The notes under the pieces are model-generated. The model ran no database searches and was not told where the DNA came from. It worked only from the letters and a program-made list of their open reading frames with translations. A DNA stretch of 64,000 nt from an uncultured Actinomycetes bacterium (GTDB taxonomy: Bacteria > Actinomycetota > Actinomycetes > Nanopelagicales > Nanopelagicaceae): positions 23,472 to 87,471 of the forward strand of contig CAIJKC010000049.1 in assembly GCA_903821145.1 (NCBI GenBank). Direction: 5' to 3'. This document shows positions 1 to 10,562 of this stretch, piece after piece. The translations under genes and the position numbers were made by a program. Position 1 is the stretch's first letter. Each line of letters begins with the position of its first letter.

Positions 1-2
1 CG

Positions 3-818
3 ATGGGTTGGCCCGGGGGATCTTGGGTGGTTGTGAACTGTGATGTTGGCCAAGGTGATGGCGCCGTGATCAATCTAGGCGAAGGTGCGGCGATTGTGAT
101 TGATGTTGGTCCCGATCCACAAGCAATGAATGATTGTTTATCTGCTTTGCATATAAAGAGTATTCCATTGCTGGTTCTCTCACATTTTCATGCCGACCAT
201 GTCAATGGTCTTTCAGGAGCGATGGCAAACCGTCAGATTGGGTCAGTGTGGATAACAAATAATCCGCAGCCAGCCTTTGAATATCAACAAACAATGCAAT
301 TATTACATGGACTGCCTGTGACCACTGTTCAGCAAGGGGAGTCTGTGCATTTCACTACCCCAACAACTGATGTGAAGATTCTGGTCCTATGGCCAACAGG
401 GGAGGTTTTAAAGCTACCTTCTCTTCCGGGTGATGGCTCTGGCATAAATAATTCGAGTATTGCCATGCTCATCACAGTAGACGGGCTTACCTTCTATACG
501 TCAGGCGATACCGAGCCCCCAGCCCAGGAGGAGATAGCGAGTAGTGGGCTTATCCATGGCGTGGATCTGATGAAAGTGAGTCATCATGGCTCGGCGTATC
601 AATACCTGCCCTTGATCGATACCCTCAAGCCTAAGGTCGCCCTCATCAGCGTTGGGGTTGGCAACTCATATGGCCATCCATCGACGGCAACAATTGCCGC
701 GCTCACCAATCGCGGGATCGCCGTCTACCGCACCGATCTGGATGGGGCGATAGCGGTTGACTCACACCTTAAGATCAGCACACAGAGAAAGAAGTGGTGG
801 GATATTTCGTGGGGCTAA
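3..818 (+). CDS. comEC: ComEC/Rec2 DNA-uptake channel, C-terminal metallo-beta-lactamase-fold domain (5' end cut by window edge)
   Basis: ORF open to window start; HFHADHVNGL (HxHxDH zinc motif), VSHHGS and GHPS motifs of the ComEC MBL domain; followed by holA as in many bacteria. Confidence 0.8.
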   Translation: MGWPGGSWVVVNCDVGQGDGAVINLGEGAAIVIDVGPDPQAMNDCLSALHIKSIPLLVLSHFHADHVNGLSGAMANRQIGSVWITNNPQPAFEYQQTMQLLHGLPVTTVQQGESVHFTTPTTDVKILVLWPTGEVLKLPSLPGDGSGINNSSIAMLITVDGLTFYTSGDTEPPAQEEIASSGLIHGVDLMKVSHHGSAYQYLPLIDTLKPKVALISVGVGNSYGHPSTATIAALTNRGIAVYRTDLDGAIAVDSHLKISTQRKKWWDISWG

Positions 819-1753
819 CGCTAATCCAAGGTGGTGAGTCGATTCTTGCTGACCGCGCGATCGCGGCTACGGTCGCCAAGGTAGCGGGTGCAACCCTCAC
901 CCAATTGGAATGTTCCGAGATTGAACATGGTGCTATTACCGATGCACTTGCGCCATCACTCTTTGGTGAAGAGCGTGTCATCGTCTTACGCGAAATCCAG
1001 GAATTGGCCTCCGATCTGCAAGATGAGGTAACGGGCTTTCTTGATGATCCAGATGAATCGGTCACTCTTGTTCTCTGGCATAAAGGCGGAGTAAAAGGAA
1101 AAGCACTTCTCGACAAGATCAAAAAGCTCAAGCCAGAACTCATCCAGGTTGATGCCATCAAGAAGGATGGCGATAAGGCCCAGTTTGTTCATGATGAATT
1201 CGCGCGTGCTGGGCGAAAAATTACCGTTGATGCAGTTCAGGCACTTGTTGATGCTCTGGGATCTGATTTGCGTGAGTTAAGTGGCGCAGCCTCACAGCTT
1301 GCTGCAGATGTCACAGCAGGCAAGACGATTGAAGCCTCCGATATTGAAAAATTTCACCAAGGCAGAATTGAAACAACCGGGTATGACGTTGCCGATGCCA
1401 CACTTGATGGCAAGACAGATCTGGCTTTGATTACTCTCAGGCAGGCACTTTCTACTGGCGTTGATCCAGTTCTCATCATCTCTGCTCTCGCTGCATCCAT
1501 TCGCACACTCGCTAAGGTTTCAGGTGCAAGTCGAGGTATGAAGTCATTTGATCTCGCCTCCTCCCTTGGACTGCCACCGTGGCAGATTGATAAGGCACGC
1601 AGGCAACTTCAGGGGTGGAACCCCACGACGCTCTCAGCAGCGGTCGTGACTCTGGCTCAGGCCGATGCCGATATCAAAGGAGCAAGCGCTGATCCGCTCT
1701 ACGCGCTGGAGCGCTGCATCTTGGATATTGCCCGAGCGAAGGTCTCGGGATAG
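794..1753 (+). CDS. holA: DNA polymerase III delta subunit
   Basis: 319-aa ORF with LIQGGESILADRAI N-terminus typical of delta subunits; conserved comEC-holA position; start ambiguous (GTG 794 or GTG 809, both overlap the comEC stop at 816-818). Confidence 0.8.
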   Translation: MVGYFVGLTLIQGGESILADRAIAATVAKVAGATLTQLECSEIEHGAITDALAPSLFGEERVIVLREIQELASDLQDEVTGFLDDPDESVTLVLWHKGGVKGKALLDKIKKLKPELIQVDAIKKDGDKAQFVHDEFARAGRKITVDAVQALVDALGSDLRELSGAASQLAADVTAGKTIEASDIEKFHQGRIETTGYDVADATLDGKTDLALITLRQALSTGVDPVLIISALAASIRTLAKVSGASRGMKSFDLASSLGLPPWQIDKARRQLQGWNPTTLSAAVVTLAQADADIKGASADPLYALERCILDIARAKVSG

Positions 1754-1887
1754 GCCCAGATCAGGCAGTTGGGCTCAGTTTGAGGGGAGCGCCCCTTGGC
1801 TGATAGCCTTTGCCCTTCCTAGCAGTAGGTACAAGGCAGCCGAACCCACAAGGGCCCGGATAATTTTTTAGAAAAGGTAATCTTCAC

Positions 1888-2154
1888 GTGGCAAATATCA
1901 AGTCGCAGATCAAGCGTATTAAGACCAATGAGAAGGCTCAGGCACGCAACAAGTCAGCCCGTTCAGGCCTCAAGACCGCTATCCGCCGCTTCAAGGATGC
2001 AGTTGTCGCTGGAGATTCTGCCGTCATCAAGGAAGAGCTTCGCGTAGCAAACAAGACACTTGATATTGCTGTGAGCAAGGGCGTTCTCCATGCCAACGCT
2101 GCTGCCAATAAGAAGTCCTCACTTGCCAAGCAAGCCAATAAAGCTTCTAAGTAA
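1888..2154 (+). CDS. rpsT: 30S ribosomal protein S20
   Basis: [23 protein letters not shown]... basic 87-aa protein, classic S20 N-terminus; GTG start. Confidence 0.95.
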   Translation: MANIKSQIKRIKTNEKAQARNKSARSGLKTAIRRFKDAVVAGDSAVIKEELRVANKTLDIAVSKGVLHANAAANKKSSLAKQANKASK

Positions 2155-2202
2155 CTTTTAGAACATACAAGGATTTCTGAAGTCCACGGACTGTAGGTAA
2201 GG

Positions 2203-4068
2203 ATGCCTGCGATTCCATTAGCGAAGGCGCCGCAGCCTTCACAGACCAATCCCGCGCAGATTCGCAATTTCTGCATCATTGCCCATATTGATCATGGTAA
2301 GTCGACCCTTGCTGATCGCATGTTGGGAATCACTGAAGTTGTTGAGAAGCGCAATATGCGTGCCCAATATCTAGATCGCATGGATATTGAACGCGAGCGC
2401 GGAATCACAATTAAATCTCAAGCCGTGAGATTGCCATGGCGCTCAGGTATTGATGGCCAAGAATATATTCTCAACATGATCGATACGCCTGGTCACGTCG
2501 ATTTCACCTACGAAGTTTCTCGATCACTTGCTGCCTGTGAAGGTGCAGTTCTTCTCGTTGATTGTGCTCAAGGAATTGAAGCGCAAACACTTGCCAACCT
2601 CTATCTTGCGATGGAGAACAATCTCACGATTATTCCGGTTTTGAATAAGATCGATCTGCCAGCAGCTCAACCTGAGAAATTTGCAAAAGAGCTTGCCAAG
2701 TTAATTGGCTGCGAGCCTGAAGATTGCTTACGCGTATCGGGTAAAACAGGCGACGGCGTTGAGGAACTTCTCGATCAAATTGTGAAGCAGATTCCAGCTC
2801 CCATTGGCGATCCAGAGGCACCAGCGCGTGCTCTGATCTTTGACTCGGTCTATGACTCCTATCGCGGTGTCGTGACCTATGTTCGCGTTGTTGATGGCCA
2901 CCTCTCGACCCGTGATCAAATTCAGATGTTCTCTACTGGTGTACGCCACGAGATGCTTGAAGTGGGCGTGATCTCACCAGAACCAGTTGCTAGTAAGGGT
3001 CTTGGCGTTGGTGAAGTGGGCTACCTCATTACAGGCGTAAAAGATGTTCGCCAGTCACGTGTGGGCGATACCGTGACCAATTACCAGCGTCCGACAACCA
3101 AGGCGCTAGCTGGCTACAAGGATCCTCGCCCGATGGTCTTCTCAGGCCTCTTCCCCCTTGATGGTGCGGAATACCCAATGCTTCGCGAGGCTCTCGATAA
3201 ATTACAACTCAACGATGCCGCTCTCGTCTTTGAGCCAGAGAATTCAGCTGCGCTTGGATTTGGTTTCCGCTGTGGTTTTCTTGGACTTTTACATATGGAA
3301 ATTGTTCGTGAGCGGCTTGAGCGCGAAGCAGGGCTCGCACTGATCTCTACTGCACCCAATGTTGTGTACAAGGTAACCGATGATGCCGGCAAAGAACTCA
3401 TCGTCACCAACCCAAGTGAATTCCCTGATGGGAAAATCATGAAGGTGGAAGAGCCAATCGTTCGTGCGACAGTTCTGGCGCCATCTGAATTCATTGGTGG
3501 AATCATGGAACTCTGCCAGCAGCGTCGTGGAACTCTCCTAGGTATGGACTATCTCTCAGAAGATCGTGTAGAGATTCGCTATACCCTGCCTCTTGCAGAA
3601 ATCGTCTTTGACTTCTTCGACCAACTTAAGTCGCGCACTCGAGGATATGCATCCCTTGATTATGAGCCAATTGGTGAAGCAGAGGGTGATCTCGTCAAAG
3701 TTGATATCTTGTTGCAAGGCGAGAAGGTCGATGCATTTAGTGCCATCGTCCACCGTGATAAGGCTTATACCTATGGTGTCATGATGACAACAAAGCTTCG
3801 TGAACTCATTCCCCGTCAGCAATTTGAAATTCCTATTCAGGCAGCCGTTGGTGCCCGCATCATCGCCCGTGAATCTATCCGTGCAATCCGCAAAGATGTT
3901 CTTGCAAAGTGTTATGGCGGTGATATCTCTCGTAAGCGCAAGCTCCTTGAAAAGCAGAAGGAAGGTAAGAAGCGCATGAAGATGGTGGGCCGTGTTGAAG
4001 TCCCACAAGAGGCATTTATCGCCGCCCTCACAACCGATGACGAGAAGTCAAAGGAAGCGAAGAAGTAG
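2203..4068 (+). CDS. lepA: Elongation factor 4 (LepA)
   Basis: [21 protein letters not shown]1 motif, DTPGHVDF G3, NKIDL G4, LepA-specific C-terminal domain; 621 aa. Confidence 0.97.
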   Translation: MPAIPLAKAPQPSQTNPAQIRNFCIIAHIDHGKSTLADRMLGITEVVEKRNMRAQYLDRMDIERERGITIKSQAVRLPWRSGIDGQEYILNMIDTPGHVDFTYEVSRSLAACEGAVLLVDCAQGIEAQTLANLYLAMENNLTIIPVLNKIDLPAAQPEKFAKELAKLIGCEPEDCLRVSGKTGDGVEELLDQIVKQIPAPIGDPEAPARALIFDSVYDSYRGVVTYVRVVDGHLSTRDQIQMFSTGVRHEMLEVGVISPEPVASKGLGVGEVGYLITGVKDVRQSRVGDTVTNYQRPTTKALAGYKDPRPMVFSGLFPLDGAEYPMLREALDKLQLNDAALVFEPENSAALGFGFRCGFLGLLHMEIVRERLEREAGLALISTAPNVVYKVTDDAGKELIVTNPSEFPDGKIMKVEEPIVRATVLAPSEFIGGIMELCQQRRGTLLGMDYLSEDRVEIRYTLPLAEIVFDFFDQLKSRTRGYASLDYEPIGEAEGDLVKVDILLQGEKVDAFSAIVHRDKAYTYGVMMTTKLRELIPRQQFEIPIQAAVGARIIARESIRAIRKDVLAKCYGGDISRKRKLLEKQKEGKKRMKMVGRVEVPQEAFIAALTTDDEKSKEAKK

Positions 4069-4070
4069 GT

Positions 4071-5234
4071 ATGGCGACGGTTGCCGAGGCTTCGGCGCTC
4101 TCTTTCTATATCCACATCCCATATTGCGTAAAGCGCTGTGGCTACTGTGATTTCAATACCTATACCCCATCTGAGTTAAAAGTTGAATCTTCACTTACTG
4201 AGATCTCCCATAGCTACATTGACCTGATCATCGAAGAGATCGCGATGGCGAGAGCGAACTCAACTGCCACAACTGTTCCCACCATTTTCTTTGGGGGAGG
4301 AACTCCAAGTCTCATGGAGCCTTCAGATCTTGCGCGAGTTATTGATGCCATTGGTCAGCGCTTCAGTCGGGACTCCGATTGTGAGATCACGATGGAGGCC
4401 AATCCCGATACCCTCACCTTGGATCGCTTACGCGGCTACTTTGAGGCTGGAATCAATCGCCTCTCGATAGGTATGCAATCGGCTGTTCCTCATGTTCTTC
4501 ATGTCCTAGATCGCACACATAACCCTGCAAATATTGAGATTGCCGTTGGTTGGGCGAGAGAAGTTGGATTTAAAGAGATCTCACTCGATCTTATCTACGG
4601 AACTCCAGGTGAGTCGATTGAGGATTGGCAAGCGAGCATCGATGCAGCACTCGCCCTCGATATTTCACATATCTCGGCTTATGCACTCATCGTCGAAGAT
4701 GGGACAAAACTTGCTGCCCAAGTCAGGCGCGCAGATGTGATCATTCCCGATGATGATGAGACAGCAGATAAATACATTATTGCTGATGATCGTTTTCGGT
4801 CTCAAGGTTTTGAATGGTATGAAATTAGCAACTGGGCCAAGCCTGGTTCTGAATGCCGCCACAACGTTGCTTATTGGAAGGGCGCTAACTGGTGGGGGAT
4901 TGGACCTGGTGCTCATTCACATATCGATGGTCGCCGTTGGTGGAATGTGAAGCACCCGACTGCATATCGCGATCGAATTCAAGCGAAGCTGGCACCTATG
5001 CAGGGTCAAGAGAGTCTCACAGAGCCTGAAATCGCACGAGAGGAGATCATGCTCTCGCTGCGTCTACCTGGCGCGCTCTCGCTTGCACGATTTAGCGGCG
5101 AGCAACGTCGGGCTCTAGAAGATTTTCTGGGGCAGGGACACCTTGAACAGAGTGCGTGGGATGCAGGGATGCTGACTCTGACGCAGAGCGGACGGCTCAT
5201 CGCCGATCGAATCGTGCGCGAATTAGTCGTCTAG
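4071..5234 (+). CDS. hemW: Radical SAM heme chaperone HemW (HemN-like, oxygen-independent coproporphyrinogen oxidase family)
   Basis: CVKRCGYCDFNTY (CxxxCxxC radical SAM), GGGTPS motif, conserved position directly after lepA. Confidence 0.9.
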   Translation: MATVAEASALSFYIHIPYCVKRCGYCDFNTYTPSELKVESSLTEISHSYIDLIIEEIAMARANSTATTVPTIFFGGGTPSLMEPSDLARVIDAIGQRFSRDSDCEITMEANPDTLTLDRLRGYFEAGINRLSIGMQSAVPHVLHVLDRTHNPANIEIAVGWAREVGFKEISLDLIYGTPGESIEDWQASIDAALALDISHISAYALIVEDGTKLAAQVRRADVIIPDDDETADKYIIADDRFRSQGFEWYEISNWAKPGSECRHNVAYWKGANWWGIGPGAHSHIDGRRWWNVKHPTAYRDRIQAKLAPMQGQESLTEPEIAREEIMLSLRLPGALSLARFSGEQRRALEDFLGQGHLEQSAWDAGMLTLTQSGRLIADRIVRELVV

Positions 5235-5249
5235 TAGAGTAAGCCGATC

Positions 5250-5954
5250 ATGCATGAGCGCCAATTAGAGATTCTGCGAGCGATCGTAGAAGAGTATGTC
5301 GCGACCGAAGAACCGGTCGGCTCTAAAGCCATTGCCGAACGTCACGGGCTAGGTGTCTCACCAGCAACGATTCGCAATGAGATGGCTGTTCTTGAAGATG
5401 CAGGCTTTATTGCGCAACCACACACCAGTGCTGGACGAATTCCAACGAACTCTGGCTACCGACTTTTTGTCGATAAGGTCGCACAAATCAAACCGCTTTC
5501 CACAGGGGAGCGCCGCGCCATTGAAACCTTTATGTCAGGAGCCGAAGACCCAGAAGAGGTTGCGGCACGTGCTGTGAGATTGCTGGCTCAGATCACTCAT
5601 CAAGTTGCCATAGTTCAAGTTCAAAGTTCAGAGCGCGTTGTGCTTGCTGGAACGGCTAACTTGGCCAGGTCACATTTAGAGAGCGTCACTGACCTCTATC
5701 CAGTGCTTGAGGCGCTCGAGGAGCAAGTTGTTTTACTCAGACTACTAGCGGATGCCGGTACTTCTATTAATGTGAAAATTGGAACAGAACAGTCGAGTGC
5801 GAACCTGCAGTCAACGAGCCTTGTCAGTATGGGCGCAGGCTCTGGTGCAATCGGAATTCTTGGGCCGATCCGCATGGATTATGCAAGTTCTATGGGCGCA
5901 GTGCACGCCGTTGCACGCTACATCAGTAAATTCTTCGATGGCGAGGGGATGTAG
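5250..5954 (+). CDS. hrcA: Heat-inducible transcription repressor HrcA, unusually short (234 aa)
   Basis: N-terminal winged helix ([41 protein letters not shown]) and C-terminal HrcA block ([31 protein letters not shown]); followed by dnaJ with 1-nt overlap. Confidence 0.85.
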   Translation: MHERQLEILRAIVEEYVATEEPVGSKAIAERHGLGVSPATIRNEMAVLEDAGFIAQPHTSAGRIPTNSGYRLFVDKVAQIKPLSTGERRAIETFMSGAEDPEEVAARAVRLLAQITHQVAIVQVQSSERVVLAGTANLARSHLESVTDLYPVLEALEEQVVLLRLLADAGTSINVKIGTEQSSANLQSTSLVSMGAGSGAIGILGPIRMDYASSMGAVHAVARYISKFFDGEGM

Positions 5955-7075
5955 TGTCAGATCATTACACCGTTCTTGGCGTAAGCCGTGAAGCATCTGT
6001 TGATGAGATTAAGAAGGCCTATCGAAAATTAGCTCGCGAACTCCACCCAGATGTAAATCCTGACCCAGCCTCGGCTGAGAAGTTCAAGAGCGTCACCACT
6101 GCATATGAAGTATTGAGCGATCCTCAGAAGCGCCAGAGCTACGACAGAGGCGGGGATCCGTTCTCGCAATTTGGCGGTGGCGGTGCGAACTTTGGCTTTG
6201 GCGACATCATGGATGCTTTCTTTGGTGGTGGGGGCTCACGTGGTCCTCGTAGCCGTATGCGCGCAGGCCAAGATGCACTTATTCGCATTGAGGTAGATCT
6301 AACTGAGGCTTGTTTTGGTGTCGAGCGAGACTTTGATGTTGAGACCGCGGTTGGTTGCGGTAAGTGCAATGCAACAGGATGCGCTGATGGCGCAAAGCCG
6401 GCGACTTGCGATATTTGTAAGGGGCGTGGTGAAGTCCAGCAAGTTCAGCGCTCCTTTATCGGTCAAGTAATGACAAGCCGTCCGTGTGCAAGCTGCCAAG
6501 GTTATGGCTCGGTGATTAAGCAACCATGTAGTGAGTGTGCCGGTGATGGTCGTGTTCGTGCACGCAAGAGTTTGCATGTGAAGATCCCGGCAGGAGTAGA
6601 GACCGGCAATCGCATTCAGATGACAGGCATGGGAGAGGTTGGCCCAGGTGGAGGACCGGCTGGCGATCTCTATGTAGAAATTGTTGAGAACGAGCATCCA
6701 TTCCTGATTCGCGATGGCATCAATCTCCATCTCTCTATTGCCGTACCAATGAGCTCGGCCGCCCTAGGTGGTCAAGTAAAAGTCGAGACCCTCGATGGCG
6801 AACGCGAGGTGACCTTTAAGGCTGGAATTCAAAGCGGTCACACGGTCGTGTTGAAGGATCTAGGGATCTCACGCCTACGTGGTGGAGGTCGAGGAGATCT
6901 CATTGTTCATATTGAGGTCACAACGCCAGCAAAGCTTGGCAAGGAAGAGGAGGAGCTGCTCAAAAAGTTAGCTTCTCTGCGCGGTGAAGATCCATCAACA
7001 GTGAAGATTCATCGCAGTGATGAGAAGAGCGATGCCGGCCTATTCTCCCGCGTACGAGATGCCTTCCACCGCTGA
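5954..7075 (+). CDS. dnaJ: Molecular chaperone DnaJ
   Basis: J domain with HPD ([13 protein letters not shown]), G/F-rich linker, four CxxCxGxG zinc-finger repeats. Confidence 0.95.
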   Translation: MSDHYTVLGVSREASVDEIKKAYRKLARELHPDVNPDPASAEKFKSVTTAYEVLSDPQKRQSYDRGGDPFSQFGGGGANFGFGDIMDAFFGGGGSRGPRSRMRAGQDALIRIEVDLTEACFGVERDFDVETAVGCGKCNATGCADGAKPATCDICKGRGEVQQVQRSFIGQVMTSRPCASCQGYGSVIKQPCSECAGDGRVRARKSLHVKIPAGVETGNRIQMTGMGEVGPGGGPAGDLYVEIVENEHPFLIRDGINLHLSIAVPMSSAALGGQVKVETLDGEREVTFKAGIQSGHTVVLKDLGISRLRGGGRGDLIVHIEVTTPAKLGKEEEELLKKLASLRGEDPSTVKIHRSDEKSDAGLFSRVRDAFHR

Positions 7076-7797
7076 TGCTTTCACTCTTCTTCGTTCCAGA
7101 GATTAGCGATGCCAGCACGATGGTTGTGGAGGGCGATGAAGCCCATCATGCAATCAAAGTAATGCGAATGGAAGTGGGAGAGGAACTCCAACTCAGCGAT
7201 GGTCGTGGCAATTGGGTCCAGGGTTCAATTACAGGCATTCACAAGAATAGTTTCACCGTATCGATCTCCAATCGCGGTCACACCGATCGCTCGCATCCAG
7301 AGATGGTTGTTGTTCAAGCGCTCACAAAATCTGATCGTGCCAAAGAGACGATTGAGTTATTGGTAGAAGGTGGCGTTGACCGCATCATTCCTTGGCAATC
7401 CGATCACTGCATCGCAAAATGGAAAGAGGATATGCATGGCAAGTGGGAGAGCGCAGCAATCGCCTCCTGCAAACAGTCCAGGCGCCACACCATCCCAATC
7501 ATTGAGCAGCCAACATCACTTGCGAAGATCCGTGAGCGATTCACCTCTCACTCGCTTCTCCTCGTACTTCACGAATCTGCGCAACAAAAACTCAGCGTTG
7601 TTGTCTCACCCTCTGCAATCTCCTTTGAAGAGATTGTTTTGGTCATTGGTCCAGAAGGTGGTTTGAGTACGGATGAGCTACGTGAACTGGAAGCGATAGG
7701 CGGGAAAGTCGTTCGCCTTGGAACGCCCGTTCTGCGATCTGCCCATGCAGGTTTGGCCGGACTCGCTGCTGTTGCGGCCCTCATCAAGCACTGGTAA
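7075..7797 (+). CDS. rsmE: 16S rRNA (uracil1498-N3)-methyltransferase RsmE
   Basis: PUA-like N-terminus, C-terminal SPOUT knot (IGPEGGLS...LGTPVLR); conserved hrcA-dnaJ-rsmE order; TGATG overlap with dnaJ. Confidence 0.85.
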   Translation: MLSLFFVPEISDASTMVVEGDEAHHAIKVMRMEVGEELQLSDGRGNWVQGSITGIHKNSFTVSISNRGHTDRSHPEMVVVQALTKSDRAKETIELLVEGGVDRIIPWQSDHCIAKWKEDMHGKWESAAIASCKQSRRHTIPIIEQPTSLAKIRERFTSHSLLLVLHESAQQKLSVVVSPSAISFEEIVLVIGPEGGLSTDELRELEAIGGKVVRLGTPVLRSAHAGLAGLAAVAALIKHW

Positions 7798-7813
7798 GTA
7801 ATAGGGTTTTGGT

Positions 7814-8146
7814 ATGTGCATTTTCTGCAAAATCGCAGCGGGTGAATTAGGAACTGCCTTCCTCTACGAGGATGAGAACGTTCTCGCATTCCGAGACCTG
7901 GATCCGCAGGCTCCGACTCATATCCTGATCATTCCTCGCAGCCACTACGAGAATGTTGAAGAACTGGCTAGCGCCGAACCTTTGACCCTCGCTTCCCTTT
8001 TCAGGGTGGCAAGTGATCTTGCCGATCTCGAGGGCCTAGATGGACACCGAACACTCTTCAACACTGGCGTTAGCGCTGGACAGAGCGTCTTTCACGCTCA
8101 CCTCCACCTGATGGGAGGGCGTCCGCTCGCATGGCCGCCAGGTTAA
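7814..8146 (+). CDS. HIT (histidine triad) family nucleotide hydrolase
   Basis: CIFCKI N-terminus and HAHLHLMGG histidine triad; 110 aa. Confidence 0.85.
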   Translation: MCIFCKIAAGELGTAFLYEDENVLAFRDLDPQAPTHILIIPRSHYENVEELASAEPLTLASLFRVASDLADLEGLDGHRTLFNTGVSAGQSVFHAHLHLMGGRPLAWPPG

Positions 8147-8162
8147 TCGTAGGATTGCCGTA

Positions 8163-9164
8163 ATGGATTCAGCCTTGATCACCGTTCCAACTGCGATCCC
8201 TATGGTCGCACTCGTTGGACCCAACGATGCCTTTCTTCGCATCTTTGAGAGCACATTCCCGCAGATTCTCATCACCGTCCGGAGCAATGAAATTTTTGTT
8301 AAGGGCGATCTAGAAGAGTCAGCGGCATTTGAATCACTGATCAAAGAACTCCTCGTGCTCCTTCGTGGTGGCCATATCTTGACGGTTGAAGCGATCGAGC
8401 AGGCAATTGCGATGATCAAGCGAATTCCTCAAGATCACCCAGCAGAGGTTCTCTCACTCAATATTTTGAGTAATCGCGGAAAGAGTATTCGGCCAAAGAC
8501 CGCCAATCAGAAACGGTATGTCGAGGCAATTGATACCCACACAATTACCTTTGGACTGGGCCCTGCCGGTACCGGCAAGACCTACCTTGCGATGGCAAAA
8601 GCGATTCAATCTCTCCAGGCTAAAGAAGTCAATCGTATTATCTTGACCCGTCCAGCTGTTGAAGCAGGAGAGAAGTTAGGCTTCCTACCAGGAACTCTCT
8701 CAGAGAAGATCGATCCCTATCTTCGCCCACTCTTTGATGCGCTGCATGACATGATCGATCAAGAGTCGATTCCGCGATTGATGCAATCGGGTGTTATCGA
8801 AATCGCTCCATTGGCCTACATGCGCGGGCGCACACTCAATGATGCCTTTGTCATCCTTGACGAAGCCCAGAACACCACTCCGGAACAGATGAAGATGTTC
8901 TTAACTCGCCTTGGCTTTGGCTCAAAGATGGTGATCACCGGCGATGTGACGCAGGTGGATCTTCCTAATTATGCAAAGTCTGGCCTTGCTGTAGTTCAGA
9001 AGGTGCTGGATGGCGTGGAGGATATTTCCTTCTCACACTTGAGCTCAGAGGATGTTGTCCGCAATCGCTTAGTTGGGGATATTGTCGAGGCATATGGGCG
9101 CTTTGATGAAGTAGAAAGCAGTAATGGCGTGACTGATGGCTATCGAACTTTCAAACGAATCTAA
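8163..9164 (+). CDS. phoH: PhoH-like ATPase (YbeZ)
   Basis: GPAGTGKTYLAMA Walker A, ILDEAQN Walker B; conserved phoH-ybeY-corC operon. Confidence 0.9.
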   Translation: MDSALITVPTAIPMVALVGPNDAFLRIFESTFPQILITVRSNEIFVKGDLEESAAFESLIKELLVLLRGGHILTVEAIEQAIAMIKRIPQDHPAEVLSLNILSNRGKSIRPKTANQKRYVEAIDTHTITFGLGPAGTGKTYLAMAKAIQSLQAKEVNRIILTRPAVEAGEKLGFLPGTLSEKIDPYLRPLFDALHDMIDQESIPRLMQSGVIEIAPLAYMRGRTLNDAFVILDEAQNTTPEQMKMFLTRLGFGSKMVITGDVTQVDLPNYAKSGLAVVQKVLDGVEDISFSHLSSEDVVRNRLVGDIVEAYGRFDEVESSNGVTDGYRTFKRI

Positions 9165-9579
9165 GTCGCAGTGCGATGAGGCTGGCCTCATCTCGGTAGC
9201 GCACTACACCCTTGCAGAAATGGGTATACATCCCGAATCTGATGTGAGCATCACTATCGTGGATGAGGATCGGATGAGCGAACTTCACGTGGAGTGGATG
9301 GAGCTAGAAGGTCCGACAGATGTGCTCTCATTTCCTATGGATGAGATGCTTCCCCATTCCCAGGCAGATGGTCCAGGAATTGTCGGAGATATCGTGTTAT
9401 GTCCAGAATTTGCCGCACGACAAACGGTGAATCATTCACTTGCCGATGAGCTTTCAATTTTGACGATCCATGGGATTCTCCATTGCCTTGGCTATGACCA
9501 TGCGGAGAAAGCCGAAGAGATTGAGATGTTTGGTCTCCAAGAGAGAATCCTCTCGCAGTGGAAGGTGACACAAGCGTGA
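9136..9579 (+). CDS. ybeY: rRNA maturation endoribonuclease YbeY
   Basis: HGILHCLGYDH zinc motif; 147 aa; overlaps phoH 3' end by 29 nt. Confidence 0.92.
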   Translation: MAIELSNESKSQCDEAGLISVAHYTLAEMGIHPESDVSITIVDEDRMSELHVEWMELEGPTDVLSFPMDEMLPHSQADGPGIVGDIVLCPEFAARQTVNHSLADELSILTIHGILHCLGYDHAEKAEEIEMFGLQERILSQWKVTQA

Positions 9580-10544
9580 GGATTGCCGAAAGTTTGATTC
9601 TGATCTTTGCCCTGATTGCCATGGGATTTCTCCTCGGCTATTTCACCGCAGTGAACCCACTGTTGCACTCTCTTGATCGAGTCATCCGTCGGTTCATTGC
9701 AGTGGTAACACCCGGTAGGGGACCAAGAATTCATCATTATGCAGATGAAGCGCAACTGCGTGACATGGTTGATGAAGCCAGTGAACGCGGACTTGTTGAG
9801 AATTCAGAACGAGAGATGATCCACTCTGTCTTTGACCTTGGCGATACCTTAGTTCGCGAGTTGATGGTTCCTCGAACAGATATGGTTTGGATTGAGGGCG
9901 ATAAGACTGTTCGCCAAGGCCTTTCGTTAGCACTTCGCTCTGGCTTTACCCGCATCCCTGTTATCACGGAGAACCTTGATAATGTCATTGGTATTGCTTA
10001 TGTGAAAGACCTTGCTCGTCGTGTCCACGAGCACCACGAATCCGAGCAGACCGAAAGTGTTGCCGAGCACTCACGAGCAGCCACATTTGTCCCTGAAACA
10101 AAGACTGCCGCAGAACTTCTCAAGGAGATGCAAAAGGATCAGATTCACATGGCGATCGTCATCGATGAGTATGGCGGGACTGCTGGAATCATTACGATCG
10201 AAGATATCTTGGAAGAGATCGTCGGTGAGATCGCCGATGAATATGATCTTGAAGCACCCGAGATTGAGTGGCTCGATGCTGACACTGCAAGGCTTTCTGC
10301 TCGCCTTCACATCGAAGACTTTGAAGATGCGTGCAAAGTGCGGCTTCGAGAGGATCAGAAAGCCGATGTTGATAGCCTCGGTGGATTTATGGCGAAGGGG
10401 TTAGGGGGAGTGCCCATTGCTGGCAGCACACTCACCATCGACGGCTGGAAATTGACAGCAGAACGCCCTATCGGTCGACGCCATCGGATAGCTTTTATTT
10501 TGGCAAAGCGAAGCGATGAGGCCGATTCAATACCTAAGCCATAG
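9576..10544 (+). CDS. CBS-pair/CorC_HlyC domain protein (CNNM/TlyC hemolysin family) with truncated N-terminal membrane domain
   Basis: Single TM ([20 protein letters not shown]), then [29 protein letters not shown] pair and a C-terminal CorC_HlyC-like block; GTGA start/stop overlap with ybeY (GTG 9576; track start 9558 also possible). Confidence 0.8.
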   Translation: MRIAESLILIFALIAMGFLLGYFTAVNPLLHSLDRVIRRFIAVVTPGRGPRIHHYADEAQLRDMVDEASERGLVENSEREMIHSVFDLGDTLVRELMVPRTDMVWIEGDKTVRQGLSLALRSGFTRIPVITENLDNVIGIAYVKDLARRVHEHHESEQTESVAEHSRAATFVPETKTAAELLKEMQKDQIHMAIVIDEYGGTAGIITIEDILEEIVGEIADEYDLEAPEIEWLDADTARLSARLHIEDFEDACKVRLREDQKADVDSLGGFMAKGLGGVPIAGSTLTIDGWKLTAERPIGRRHRIAFILAKRSDEADSIPKP

Positions 10545-10562
10545 AAGTTGTAGGCTCACCTC

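Noticed and set aside
5235-5249. Search for a CIRCE operator (TTAGCACTC-N9-GAGTGCTAA) near hrcA/dnaJ
   Set aside because: I saw no match by eye upstream of hrcA or anywhere else in the window. The 15-nt hemW-hrcA spacer is too short to hold one.
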